Source: Amphiscolops sp. MND2022 (taxonomy: Eukaryota). Taken from it: a DNA stretch of 60,000 nucleotides. Below are positions 12,801 through 24,289 of this stretch, in pieces. Below the pieces are notes generated by a model, which saw nothing but the letters and a program-made list of their open reading frames with translations, did not search any database and was not told the origin of the DNA. The stretch spans positions 88,104,001-88,164,000 of the forward strand of contig OZ076409.1 in assembly GCA_964187785.1 (NCBI GenBank), in the 5' to 3' direction. Within the stretch, counting starts at the first letter, position 1. Each line of letters opens with the position of its first letter. The position numbers and the translations under genes were made by a program.

Positions 12801-14032
12801 CGGGTGATGCCAGCAGTGAGGTAAACAACATACCAACTTGAAATCTTTTCGAAACGGAGGCTAAACAGATTGTACGTAGAATTACAACTCTTGTAGTCGA
12901 AAAGGGTCTACTGAATATATGGCTTGTAAAAATGTATGGCTTGGTCCGTACTATAATTGTACATCGTGGTAATTTCAGTCAGGGGCAAAGGCTATGAATT
13001 TATGCAGAACCTATAAATTTTACACTGGCAAATTAAGCGTCCCCCTTCAGAAATACTGATGTATTGCGATGACTGGGTTATCAGTAATTGATCATGACTG
13101 ATGAGTACTATCAGAATTTTCACGCGGAAAATAGACTGGACTAATCTTGGGAAGAATGACTTTTCCACGAGAGTATTAAAGCCAAGCGTTTTGATCAATT
13201 TCTCTAATAACATCTTTTCCAGGGAGGCTCATCTCCAATTCTGCTGCAGAAAAAAGCAGTCAGACAACAACCCAACGCTAAACCGGAGCAGCCCTTTAAT
13301 GTGGGCCTGGGCGAGATCAAAAACGCCCGTCGAGAACAACTGAGAAAAGCCAAAGAGCGCAGAAAACGTGAAATTGAAATATTGTCACAAGCGAACCTGA
13401 AGAAAATCTCGGATTCACAAGCAGACATTGATTTCCTAGCATTCGCCAATCCCAACGCTCATATTCCTGACAACACACCCTTTGATTGCAACTTTGCTGT
13501 AGGAAACGGGGAAGCACAGAGTTCAGCTCTTGAAATCTCAAAACCTGACAGCTCTGTGCAAACAGCAACAACAACAACAACTCCAGAGGAAAGAGCTTTG
13601 CGAAGACTAAGGCGCCAGGAAGTTTACAGCGCTCCAGAAGCGGGTACTTTTCAACATCCAATCAAACAAACCTTGAGTGCTAACAACGGTGCTTTCGGAC
13701 TCCCCTCCTCAACTACTCAAAAGTTGGATTCGAGTCCCACTTTCAATACATCTGCATTGCCCTCTAACCAGAGCAAGATCTACAAGTCGCAGCATTCAGT
13801 GGAAGACACCAAGTCAATATCAAGTATCAATGACAACTTGGAAATCCTGTTCGGTAACCATGCCAACATTGAGCATAACAGTCGACATGAGACATCAAAC
13901 ACCTCCTCTGACGCTTTGAGCGATGATTCGTCCGAATTAAGTTCCGAGGAAACAACTGTTATCGAAGCATGTAGAATTAAATTATGTTCAATATCTGAAA
14001 ACTCCTATGTAGCTACAGATGAAGATAAATAG
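3855..14032 (+). CDS. INF/FHDC1-class formin, 3' part (second half of FH2 plus C-terminal tail); join(3855..3955,8018..8088,8476..8583,10695..10765,11483..11603,11898..12077,12551..12820,13223..14032)
   Basis: All introns are GT-AG and phases match. Spliced peptide: FELRLESMLLKELFSEKVNAIDPAIDAMKKAAEEIRDNSMLCDVLSVMLTMGNFVNEGGYAGNALGVRLNSINHVLESKTNQSNKLLRHVLVEELMKRND...HRASRESLETLSDEI...KDLLEYFCES. It carries the FH2 GNxxN motif, the GGYAGNAxG(V/F)xL block typical of inverted formins (FHDC1/INF1, Drosophila Form3) and YFCE. 5' exons lie outside the window. Confidence 0.85.
5930..6470. mobile_element. Foldback/MITE-like element(s) built from AATAAGATCTAAA repeats
   Basis: Many copies of GAATAAGATCTAAA and its reverse complement TTTAGATCTTATTC in inverted blocks. 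Near-direct flank TTAATTTC at 5921 and 6261. Confidence 0.6.
6594..7081. repeat. Tandem repeat, ~177-bp unit, ~2.7 copies
   Basis: ATGCAGGTGCTTG recurs at 6608, 6785 and 6961, with colinear CCAAGACTATA...GTCCTGATCTGC...CGAGAGAC. Confidence 0.85.
8733..9458. mobile_element. Non-autonomous CCC...GGG DNA transposon (EnSpm-like MITE)
   Basis: Imperfect TIR CCCAGATTTTTGACCATTGCAAATCT / AGATTTGCAAAGATTGAAAACTTGGG, TA on both flanks, subterminal TCTGCA/TGCAGA repeats. Confidence 0.65.
10197..10493. mobile_element. Mutator(MULE)-like MITE
   Basis: Exact 9-bp TSD TGTGTGCCG (10188-10196 and 10494-10502) and inverted arrays of GCGACAATTCGTCCCAA / TTGGGACGAATTGTCGC. Confidence 0.8.
12161..12509 (-). 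mobile_element. Helentron/DINE-1-like non-autonomous element, family A
   Basis: Read on the minus strand it starts AACAAG...AGTCGGCGC (subterminal inverted repeat) and ends in the hairpin TAGTCGGCTCTTTCCAAGAAAAGCGCCGACTA. A near-identical copy is at 45641-46119; fragments are at ~24835-25130 and ~38300-38665. Confidence 0.55.
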
Positions 14033-14149
14033 AACTTTTAACGATTTGTTTTACCCCGAAAAGGCATGGATTTTCAGGCAAGAACTTGAGCTGGTTCAGT
14101 CTTTTCCTTGAATTTTACGATTTACCCAAAGGCAGAATATATCGAATTT

Positions 14150-15830
14150 TCATTTTCCGCCAATATTCCATATGGAAAGGAAAGTATTTAAATCAAACGC
14201 GTTTTTTATACAAAATTTGTCATGATCCAAATTTATTTCTAAATTGAAGGGTGTCACCCATAGAATTCAACTCATATACAGTTAGCTTCGAGCGATATGT
14301 ATTTAGAGAGATTTTTGTGGACTTTTTTGGGTTTGACCAAAATGACCCGGAAAATGTCAGAATTTCCAAAATTTCTCAATTTTCAGCGTTATTAAGCTTT
14401 TTTTGTAAAATTCACGATAGCTTCGCGCATTAGAATGTTGAAAATGTTCAACAAGGAAAGAAGTTGTTATCCAGTAGGCTTTTCTGAAGAGATAAATGCA
14501 ATTTTTCAATGAAAGATCTCCCCAACACGACCCCAAAATGACATAACGTCCAAAATGTAACGTTTTTATGCAATTTTTGTAATTTTTTTTGATAAACTTC
14601 GTGGTTTAGATGGTTGAAAATGTTCAACAAGGAATGAATTTCTTGTCCAGTATGCTGTTCTGAAAAGTTAAATGCATTTTTGAAAATGAAAATTATCTTA
14701 AATTCACACCGAAAAAAAAACCAAAATTTTTCGAGTTCCAACTTTTTCAGCAATATTTGCCAAATTTGAGAAAGACTTCTTGGAATAGAATGTTGAAAAG
14801 TGTCAACAAGGAAAATCTTCGTTGTCCAGGAGGCTTAGTGAAGTGATAAATGTCATTTTCACCTAAAATATGACTCGAATTGTCACCGAAAAGACTAAAG
14901 TTTCTAAATAGTCGTAATGTTTTCTATTTTTCAATCAGAGTTTCGATCGACGTCATGGTTTAGAATGTTAAAACGGTTAAACAAGCAAAATGTTGGCGGT
15001 ACAGTAGGCTTTTATTGAGAGCTGAACACAGTTTGCAAAAGAAAAGTACTCAAATCGACCCAGAAAATTTCCAAAAGCAAAGTTTTTGAAGATTTTGACG
15101 TTTTTTTCATGCATACTTCGAACACTCTCACAGGGTTTCTTGGGTTGGAAACTCATATTCAAAAATGACCAGTCAAAAAACTAGCTAAGCAGTACGCCTT
15201 TTGAAGCGAGCGTTCCAGCAGTTTGCTTCAGAAACACTTCAGAATGAGTCCAAATGAGTCCAAAAATCGAAACATTTCAACGTAGTTTTCATGCACCTTA
15301 TTTGTACTTCGTGAAACGTTTTGGAGTCAGAATGTTCAAATTCTTCAAAAACGGTTAAACTTTTCATCCAGTAGCTTTTCTTGAACATATATATGCAGAC
15401 ATCTGTTGGGAAAAGCCTTAAAATTGACCGAAAAAGTCATAAATATGAAAGTTTTCATCGAAGCTTGACGCTTTCAGTGATTTTTTGTAAGAGATTACAA
15501 AATTTTGATAACATGAGAGCTTCCAAAATCTCCAGATAAATATATTGGGTTCAATGCGCTTTTAAAAGAGAACTTTGCATTTTTTCAATAAAGTTACCTC
15601 AGAATGATTCAAAATAGCCGAAAAACTCAGAGGTTGCAAGAATTTGATTTTTCGGGGCAGTTTTTGTATAGTTTTTTAGAAATGTTTTTGCATAAAACGG
15701 TTCTAAGAACTAGCTACGGCCAATGCTCGTATCCAGCAGGCGTTTTTGAAATCCTAACAGCAGTCTCCAGCTATTTAATAGCAACATATAGCGAGAGGTT
15801 AACAAAATGAATTTTAATACCTATCACACT
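14150..15830 (-). mobile_element. Helentron/DINE-like element, family B, with an internal degenerate ~178-bp tandem array
   Basis: Terminal TTTTCCGCCAATAT...ATATGGAAAGGAAA hairpin shared with 32003 and (inverted) 39715. AGAATGTTGAAAA...TCAACAAGG units at ~14431, 14608, 14786 and 14960. Right boundary approximate. Confidence 0.5.
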
Positions 15831-17592
15831 TTGACGTATCCGTAGAGCATTGCGTAAGGAAGAAAGTTTTGCTCGCCGATTCCCTGGAACAAAATCTAAT
15901 AAGAAAGACCGAGCGCGAAAACGTCTACAAAAAGAATAGAAGAATTATGATAACCATTGCGAAATAAAAACGAAAATGAAAAATGGCGGGTTGTAGTTTC
16001 ACATTCTTTTGCCATTGACTAATTCTTGACTAATTAGAAACAAACTCCTACGACCGTAACCGTAACCGGTATCAAATTATTGTCGTGAACTAAAAATTCA
16101 TTTCACCATTTTAGTTGTGCTAGATCTAGTTCAGATACATAAAAAACTGTCTTTGAGTGAATCTTTTTTTAGTTGTGTTGCTTGGAATACAACAGTTCCT
16201 AATCTTAAAAAATGTGCTACAAAATGATTGCAGTCACTTTCTGCGGACACGTAAATAAAAAGCTCCTCGTATGTTTTTGAGTACGATCAATATAAATGGT
16301 AATCAGGTACAACAAAAATTTAATCCAAAAAATTTGGTTTTGACGGAGAGAAACAACCGAAATATGATTCCCAAATAACTCCCAAATTTAATTGTGTTAC
16401 TCTGAAATTTTCTTTACTTTTTTCATCACACAAGTTTCAATTTGATAGATAGAATCTCACCAAACTTTGGGGCATTTTTTTATTCACCACCTACGGCAGA
16501 AAAGTCTCTCAAAAGCTAAAATTTGCTAGACCAGTATGCGGTCGTTTGTGCAAGCTTGCGATTTGGCCAAACGTCCAAAGTTATGTCATTTGATATTTAC
16601 ATTGTTAGTCGGCACACTTTATGAAACCATTTTTCAAAGTTCTTTTGGGTTGTTTTCATCCAATCCAATCAAAATGATCAAAAAGTTGCTATCATTATTT
16701 ATACAAATTATGAAAACGATTCAAAAATTCATCCCTTTTGTGTCTGATCATATTTAACCGAGTTAAATATAAGAGAATGTTTTGGATTGTTTTCGGTAAT
16801 TTGTTTTAGAAAATATCAAGATCACAAAAGTTCTTTTGGGCAGAGTTGTATTTTTTGGAAACCATTTCTAATTTCTCAAAATGGTTTCTGTCAGTTCCAA
16901 TGAAAAAACACTTTTATGCCTAAAAATTATTTTCTGACTGATCTTTTCTTAGTTTTTTATAAAAACTGCCTTCCAGCATGTTTGACAGTAAGAATAAAGC
17001 TTGCTCAAGTCCAGAGATACCTCAATGTGTCAAACCAGCATGATGGAAATATACTTCTATGTATTATTCGTAATGTACATATATGTCATATATACTTACT
17101 TATGGACAATTTGAAGCCATATAATAAGATACATGGTCGTGGGCAACCCTACGTTCTTTATATATTCATTCCTCCCCTGAGTGTTGAGGTTTCATACATA
17201 TTAAAAATTACTATAAACTTGAGCCCCTGATCAAGCGTCGTTTAACTAAGTAACGTGCTTGTGGTCAAATACATGCAGTCATCAGTGATTCATTGCCTTC
17301 ATGATCTCTGAGGAGAAATGGATAAATTCACAGTCAATTCACTACCCTTGATGGAAAATGGATCGAATTCAGGGCACTAAGGTCACTGCCTATAAAATTA
17401 AGAGGCCCTGTCCAAATCCATCCAAAAATTATCTTGCATTAAAATTCATTTTACCGTTCATCATAACGCCATCACAAAGGTTTTTAAACATGCTTGATCC
17501 GCCAGAATTTAATCACGTACCTTGTGTTTTTATCATTTCCTTCATAGTGAAGTATGAGGCCCTCATTATAGACTCACTATAGACTCACACTA

Positions 17593-17733
17593 TAGACTCA
17601 CTAACTTCAATAGCAAAGTATCGCGTTACTCCGGATTTCCATAATTGGTGCAAATATAATCCGGGATTATATTTGCACCAATTATGGAAATCCGGAGTAA
17701 CGCGATACTTTGCTATTGAAGTTAGTGAGTCTA
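17593..17733. repeat. Perfect 141-bp palindrome (70-bp arms, 1-nt spacer), MITE-like
   Basis: TAGACTCACTAACTTCAATAGCAAAG...TATAATCC-G-GGATTATA...CTTTGCTATTGAAGTTAGTGAGTCTA, symmetric about 17663. Confidence 0.95.
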
Positions 17734-19046
17734 AAAGGGTGATAATTGTCACCCCACCAGATAACAATGATGTGAAGAGTGCAAAAATTGCGTCTGGTCA
17801 CATGGAAGGGACAAGGTTGAGATTTGGAGGCAAGACGAGCAGCTCTGAAGGCGCTAATTAACTCGATTTGCTTCCATGTTGACCAGTAGCCCACATAACT
17901 ACATTTAATTCCTATACACTCTCTCAACACTTAATTCAACTCTTATAGCCTACAAAACTATCTTTTCTTAAAATGCATGGGAGCAAATTCTCCTCAAAAA
18001 CTTCGCAGTGGAAACAATAGTAGTAACCTTTACTCAACTCGAAATCCATTTGAAAGAAAATCATCTAACCATGAAAACTCTGAACAAAATAACTTTGCAA
18101 ATGCAGATTCTGGCTCAAATTTATCTGAAAGTCATCGCGAAGAGATAAATTCGGCTTCACAAGCAGAGATGAACCACCAAGTCATTAAATTACAAACCAA
18201 AATGAACGAGATTAAAACCTTACTCGCTACTTTAACGCAACAAGTAATCTCTCTCGACCAGAGGAAGGGAACGCTCTGCGAGCCTCTAGCTTTCGCACAT
18301 AGAAGCGTATCGACACACTGTTAGATTGAGATTTCGTAGAGCAGTTTCTTAACATTTCGAAGTACTATGCGCTTTTGAGACCTGAGCGACGCTCCTACTA
18401 TTGCTTATTGAGGCTAGTTTAAACGATTTTGTCTAAGATACTGAGAAAGCGCGTCATGGCATAGTCAGCATGACCATCTACAATATAATCTAGATTACGC
18501 TGAAAAAAGTATCTGAAAGTTGCACAAAAGCGGAACAATTTTTACAAAAAAATTGGAAACAAAATTCGAAAACAAAACGTATTGGCTGGCAGGTGTATCT
18601 AACCATTTTTCTTACGTACTCGGACCGTTTACACGAGTTTGTAGACCTTAAGTGATAATTGGAACAAAACGAGAACGTCTCATTCGGCGCCACGCTTATG
18701 GCCCACAAAACGCGACGTTCTTTCAAAATGCCGAAAGGCGGTATATGAGGAGACTCTCGAAATTTCAAAGAGCCGGATTATATCTAAAGTGGAGCAAAAG
18801 TATCCGAACAATAATAACGAATAGAAGTTCCAGTTTACATCACTGGAAAAAGAAGAATTTAACTTCCCCATTTCCGCTTAGTGGTTTCCGAATAAGCAGC
18901 TTTGCGTGTCTGAGTCGAAGCCATTTCGGATAATGTCTCACCACAAAAAGTTAGGTAGCATATTTGCCCAAGGCACAATTTTTGACGCTCTCACCTTACA
19001 ATTGGCTAATATGGTAAGGTGGTAATTTATTCAATTAAATTGTTAT

Positions 19047-19411
19047 CCCAAGTTTCCAACGCTAGGTCGCGCAATATTTCAAATAGGTAAATTGGTGAAT
19101 ATGTAGTTTACAACATCATTATGAATCATAAAATGGCGACCGTATAATTAGGCTTTGAATAATTATGATTTTGGATTGTAAAATAATTGATTATGTTCAG
19201 GATGAGAATAGGATGAAACGGGTCATGACGACTTGGTCGTAAAGGCGTACACCTCGTCGTCTTGGTTTTCATCCATTTTCAATCCAAGTAAATGACTGAG
19301 TTTATTCCTCATGGTTGTAGGATGAACCGAGTTATATCAACTTGGCCGTACAAGTGTAGTCCTTGTTGACATATTTTCATCCAAGTTATAAACTAAGAAT
19401 TAAACACTGGG
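19047..19411. mobile_element. Degenerate CCC...GGG MITE with 2-bp TSD
   Basis: CCCAAGTTT...AAACACTGGG flanked by AT on both sides, with internal inverted GGATGAAAC/GTTTTCATCC units. Confidence 0.4.
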
Positions 19412-20185
19412 ATGCCACGCACTTTTATTCAGTAGCATCTCTTCTAGTTAAAACAGTGCTTGATCTGGAATTCAGAGTATAAAGTTATATTTCCATTATG
19501 CTGGCATGACAGTCGGATTGAAGCTGTGGTTTCACAGTGACTTGCTCAAGATCACAAAATTTGACTGCTCAACTTTACTCCTTGTGTTTTGTTTTTTTTT
19601 CTCCACCATATGCATCATTTTTTGTCACACATGACTGTAGATCCCTTGCAACACAGAACTTCGTTTGAGTTTTTTCGTGGAATAGGCCGTGTAAGGGCAA
19701 AGTTGTATATTCTTTTTCAAAGCAAAATATGGACCTCAGCACAATTGATCAGAATTGATTGAATGGGAAACTACAAGAATGGCTTACCATGTGAAATTGA
19801 GCATTAAAAGCTTCTTTGTGTATGTTTTAGAGCTTTCTGAAACTACAGGTCACCGGTTCCATTTACTTGTGTTCATTGCAAAAACAAATAATTGCAGCAT
19901 TATTTGAACACACCGCCGATGCTTCAAGCACTACAGTTTGCTGAAAAATGCTTTAAAAGAGACACGAATGCATGCGATGTATTAAATTTTGATGACGTCA
20001 ATTTTGGTTTCAGAACACCTGCGTCAAAATACATACGTCGCATACTGTTTTTCTCTACACGCAATCGTCACATTCAATCCAAAATAGCGTATATTTGAAC
20101 TAGCAACACTTCATTTCAAGTTTTTTTCCTGGCTTCATTTCAAATTTGCAAAATTTGTGACCCTTTGGCATAACAAAATTGAAAT

Positions 20186-23100
20186 ATGCCGCCCAAAAAA
20201 GCGCCCTCCACTCCAAAAGGGGTCAGTTGCGAATTTCTAAAGCAATTCCTTTCGAAAACGATGAAAAATAAATCAATTACAACGACACAAGCTCTCACAG
20301 AAATTGTCTTGCCAGCGACAAAGGCTAAAAAATGTGCTTATTATTCTTTGATCGAAAGCAACAAGGATTCCCAAGGCGAGCCGTTAGTTGGACCGGCCAA
20401 TGTTTTTGTGAGTCATGCATGGCGCTATAAATTGGCAGATTTGATCACGTGTTGTTTGGAGCATGCTGCAACAGAACAGGAGACAAACCATAAGAAAAAG
20501 ATGTATTTTTGGATCGATCTTTTCATCAACAACCAGAACACGGGTAATTTCATTTCATTTTTCTTTTTCATTGGTAAAAACTAGTAGGTCTCTAAGATGT
20601 GTAGAGTTTCTGGAAGTTCACTTCTGTGAAATCAACGATGTATATTTTGAAAAATAAACGGATGTCAAGGCTGATTGAATACTTTACCAAGTTTAACTTT
20701 TGAAGAAATAAATGAAGCGTACTCTCATTTTCAGTTAATCAAGTTTGAGATTCCAAAAAAAGCTGACAAGGGACAATCTCGCAATTTGATATCATATCAC
20801 GGTAAAAACTCAAACTTTTAAAACAAACTTCTGCCGAGCATTTCTACTAAATGTATTAGTTTTGTTTTCGTTGAAGCGTTGAAAGGATTATGAATTCATT
20901 CAAAATCTTGTCAAAAAAATCAAAGTATTTCTGGCCACCCGGTATGACTTTTACCCATAGTCGAAAACATGATTTTTTTGAGGCAGAAAAAATTTCAGTT
21001 TTTGGGATCTAAAATGTGCATGCACTATGAATTGTAATTTTTCCCACGAAAAAGCAAATATTTTTCAAATATTCTTGCATTCCGTGATACTTATCCCTTA
21101 CGAGTGTTCTTTCGGTGTCAGCAACCTCGAAAGACCAGTCTTGGTGGAGCAATGTGTTCAAGAGCACCATTGGCAAGATTGGTCACACCCTGTTGGTGCT
21201 CTCCCCTTGGAACAACCCCGTACCCTTCACCAGGGCTTGGTGTCTCTGGGAGATTCTGTGCACGGTGCAGGAGAAGGCAGTCCTCTCAGTGGCCATGTCT
21301 TCCCAAGAGTATGACTCATTCTTGGCTGCCATCAAAGACGACTTCAGAACCATTCTCACTGATTTCAGCAACATTCAGGTTCCTGTCTGTATATACTACT
21401 ACAACGTGAACCACAAAAAAACAGAAGGCATCAAAGTTTGGGTTTTCTAGGCCGTAATATCTGTGAACAAGGCACTGCAACTTTTCCAACTTTTCTGTAA
21501 TATATTAAAGACAAAGCACTTGTTACGTAATCACATCTTCAAATTAGGATAGTCTTTACCAGTCATTTTGTTCCCAGTTTTGGTAGACGAATGGACGTTA
21601 TTTCGCTTCAGTTTGTCACATTCAAAAAAAGTTGTCAATTTGAATGAATTACAATCTGAATAGCGTATTCAGGGCGAATGTAGCTATTGGTTTCGGGCCT
21701 ACTAGTACGGCTATTTCAGAAATTGTTCAAGGATCTTCCTTGTAGTGGCTGCCCTTAATTTGGTGAGTTTTTTTGGCATTTTCACGCGCTTTTGGCGTAT
21801 TTGGGCGGTGCCGAAAATGCCGAATATTATTTTCCCATGTGTCAGCTGCATTTAAAAATAGAATAAACGGTATTTAAAGTATGCAAAAATTCATAGCTCC
21901 GAATTGCCGCCACGGCGCAGCTTTTAAGCAGCTTGATAAAATTCCAACGAATAAGGTAATATTTTGCGGAACCTTAATTGGTTGATAGTATCAAAGTTGC
22001 TTCTTTCAAGTTTTGAGCTTGTTAAGCAGACAAATCAACCTACACTCAGCCGTTATTGAAATCGTCTTCTTGAAGTTGAATGGTTTCTGGCGTCCTTTCA
22101 AATTCCTGGAATCGAAAGATTTCACCACAAAATACCATAAAAACAATAGTTATATTTTTGCTTCCAAAACCCTTTTACTTTCAAAACCTATAGTTTACAC
22201 TCCACGTTTTCGCTTGGCTCATTTTTTTGCGATAAGCTGCTTTGTGGTTCACGCTTTTTAGTTTGTTAAAATTATCGCAAACTTTGATAAGTATGAACAA
22301 AGATTTAACAATCTATGGGTTTTCAAATAAGCTACAAAATCAACTTTCTTTGAAAAATCCTTAGTTACTAATGATTATCAGACCTTCAGAAGTAGTTGAC
22401 CTGAAGCAGGTAGAAGTTCTCAACAATTTCAGTTAAGCGGATCAGATAACTGGGAAAACGTATTTTATGTTCTGTTTTAGTCGAAAAAGGCTGAGGCCTC
22501 AAGAGAAGATGACAAAAACATGATTTTCCAGCAAATTCAGTCTTCGTTGTCTTTCCATCAACTAGACTCCATGGTTAAGGATCAGATGAGGACATGGCTG
22601 TATGAGAATGCAGAGAAAGTTGTCAAGTCATCACAAGGTAAAGATGCTTCCAAATGTTTTGATTTCACATTCAAGACGTTCAAGACTTCGGTTGTTCAAA
22701 AATTTACGGAGTACATTCCAAAATTGTACTCCACTTTCAAAAAATTTGGTTTTTACTTTCACGGCTTTCTACAGAAACCATAAAACAGAATGACGTGATT
22801 TCAGAACCGTCTTTGTGTTTGTTATTGGGAATATCAAAACATGAAGTCACCAAATCAAGGAGCATCCGTTTTTATGTTATAGATTTTATAACTTCAATTG
22901 AGTGTTTTATATCTTTAGAACTTACATTCATTGCCACTTGATAAATGATGTTATTTCAGACGAAACGATGTCAACAGCGAATCTATTGGTCCAAGTTGGG
23001 TCTTGGTATTCTCAAGTAGGAAAACTTGCAGAGGCCGAATCCGTTTTCACGAAAGCCGAGAAAATTTATAGCGCAATTGATGATAGTCCGAGCAAAGCCT

Positions 23101-24047
23101 CGGCTGTGGGCAGTATGAAAAACAACCAAGGCTTCATGTACGAGGAAATGGGTCAACATGAGAAAGCATTGCACCTCTACAACGAAGCAATTGCTCAGAT
23201 GTCGAAATGCGAGAAAGATTCACTGGAAATAGCTTCAATATACAACAACATCGGTTCAATTTACTCGAAATTAGGCCAGCAGGAAAAAGCCTTAGAATAT
23301 TACGAAAAAGATCTGGCTATCAAGGAAAAGTCCACGTCCACTGAGAAATATTCTTTAGCTACAACATTCAACAACTTATCAATGCACAAGTTGCATTATG
23401 CAGGTGATGTCACGGCGGCTCGTGCTTTGTGTGACAAAGCTATCAAACTTGTGATCGAGTGTTTTGGGGATGATCATCACGGGTTGGGGAAAATTTACGA
23501 GAACTCTGGGACTATTCATTTATCTGAGGGTGCTTTCGAGGAGGCAATAGCACATTTGGAGAAATCAATTGAAATAAATCGCACCAACCTAGGACCTGAT
23601 CACCCGAATGTAGGGGCAGCCAAAACCTCGTTGGGACTCGCTCTCAAGAAAAGCGGTAAGCATGAAGAAGCGTTGAAACAATATTTGGAAGCGGAATCCA
23701 TCATGGGCAACATTGCGCAATTAGATTCCTCAGTAAGCACTTTGTACAGTAATATGTCGAGTCTTTATGGCGAAATGGGTGACGTAGACAAAAGTATAAG
23801 CTACCGGTTGAAGGATCTCAAAATTTGTGAGCATAATGCTCGAAACGGGATAGATGGGAAGCGAGACTTGCTGTGGTGTCTGAACAACCTCGCTGCAACA
23901 TATTTCAGAGCCGAAAATTACCCGGAGGCAGTCACTTATTTCAAAAGGACTTTAACATGTGCAGAAAATCTGTATGGAAAAAACAGCGAAGAGTATTTGC
24001 AGTCAAAAGACGACCTTGAGATTGCTGAATCATATTTGAATTCCTAG
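20186..24047 (+). CDS. TIR/HET-like domain + TPR-repeat protein (~619 aa); join(20186..20543,21122..21378,22481..22637,22960..24047)
   Basis: GT-AG introns with matching phases give a 1860-nt ORF. N-terminal motifs are ANVFVSHAWRYK, YFWIDLFINNQ, WWSNVFKSTIGKIGHTLLVLSPWNNPVPFTRAWCLWEI and AEASREDDKNMIF. The C-terminal half has kinesin-light-chain/NPHP3-type TPRs (ASIYNNIGSIYSKLGQQEKALEYYEKDLAI; LGPDHPNVG). Confidence 0.85.
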
Positions 24048-24283
24048 AGCATTCAAATTTTAATTGGTATCACTGGCTACCACAGCATTTACGAACAAGT
24101 GGTGGTATTGTATTCACAGAAATTGCCCGTTTGCTAACATTCTTAACAGAAACTCTGACAGCAATTCCGCATTGTTTATTTGACAAGTAGCACAAAGTGG
24201 AAACCAGTTCCAATCTAGTACATATCTTCCCATCTTTTCCATGAACAACAGAACACTCTCTTTTTCTTTTCTTGTGATTTTTG

Positions 24284-24289
24284 AATAAA
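24284..24289 (+). promoter_or_regulatory. Candidate polyadenylation signal of the TIR/HET-TPR gene
   Basis: AATAAA about 240 nt after the stop codon. The background is AT-rich, so this is weak evidence. Confidence 0.35.

Noticed and set aside
22902..24047. Calling the TPR ORF kinesin light chain or NPHP3
   Set aside because: Only the generic TPR type is shared; the spliced N-terminus is TIR/HET-like, with no KLC heptad region or NPHP3 NTPase.
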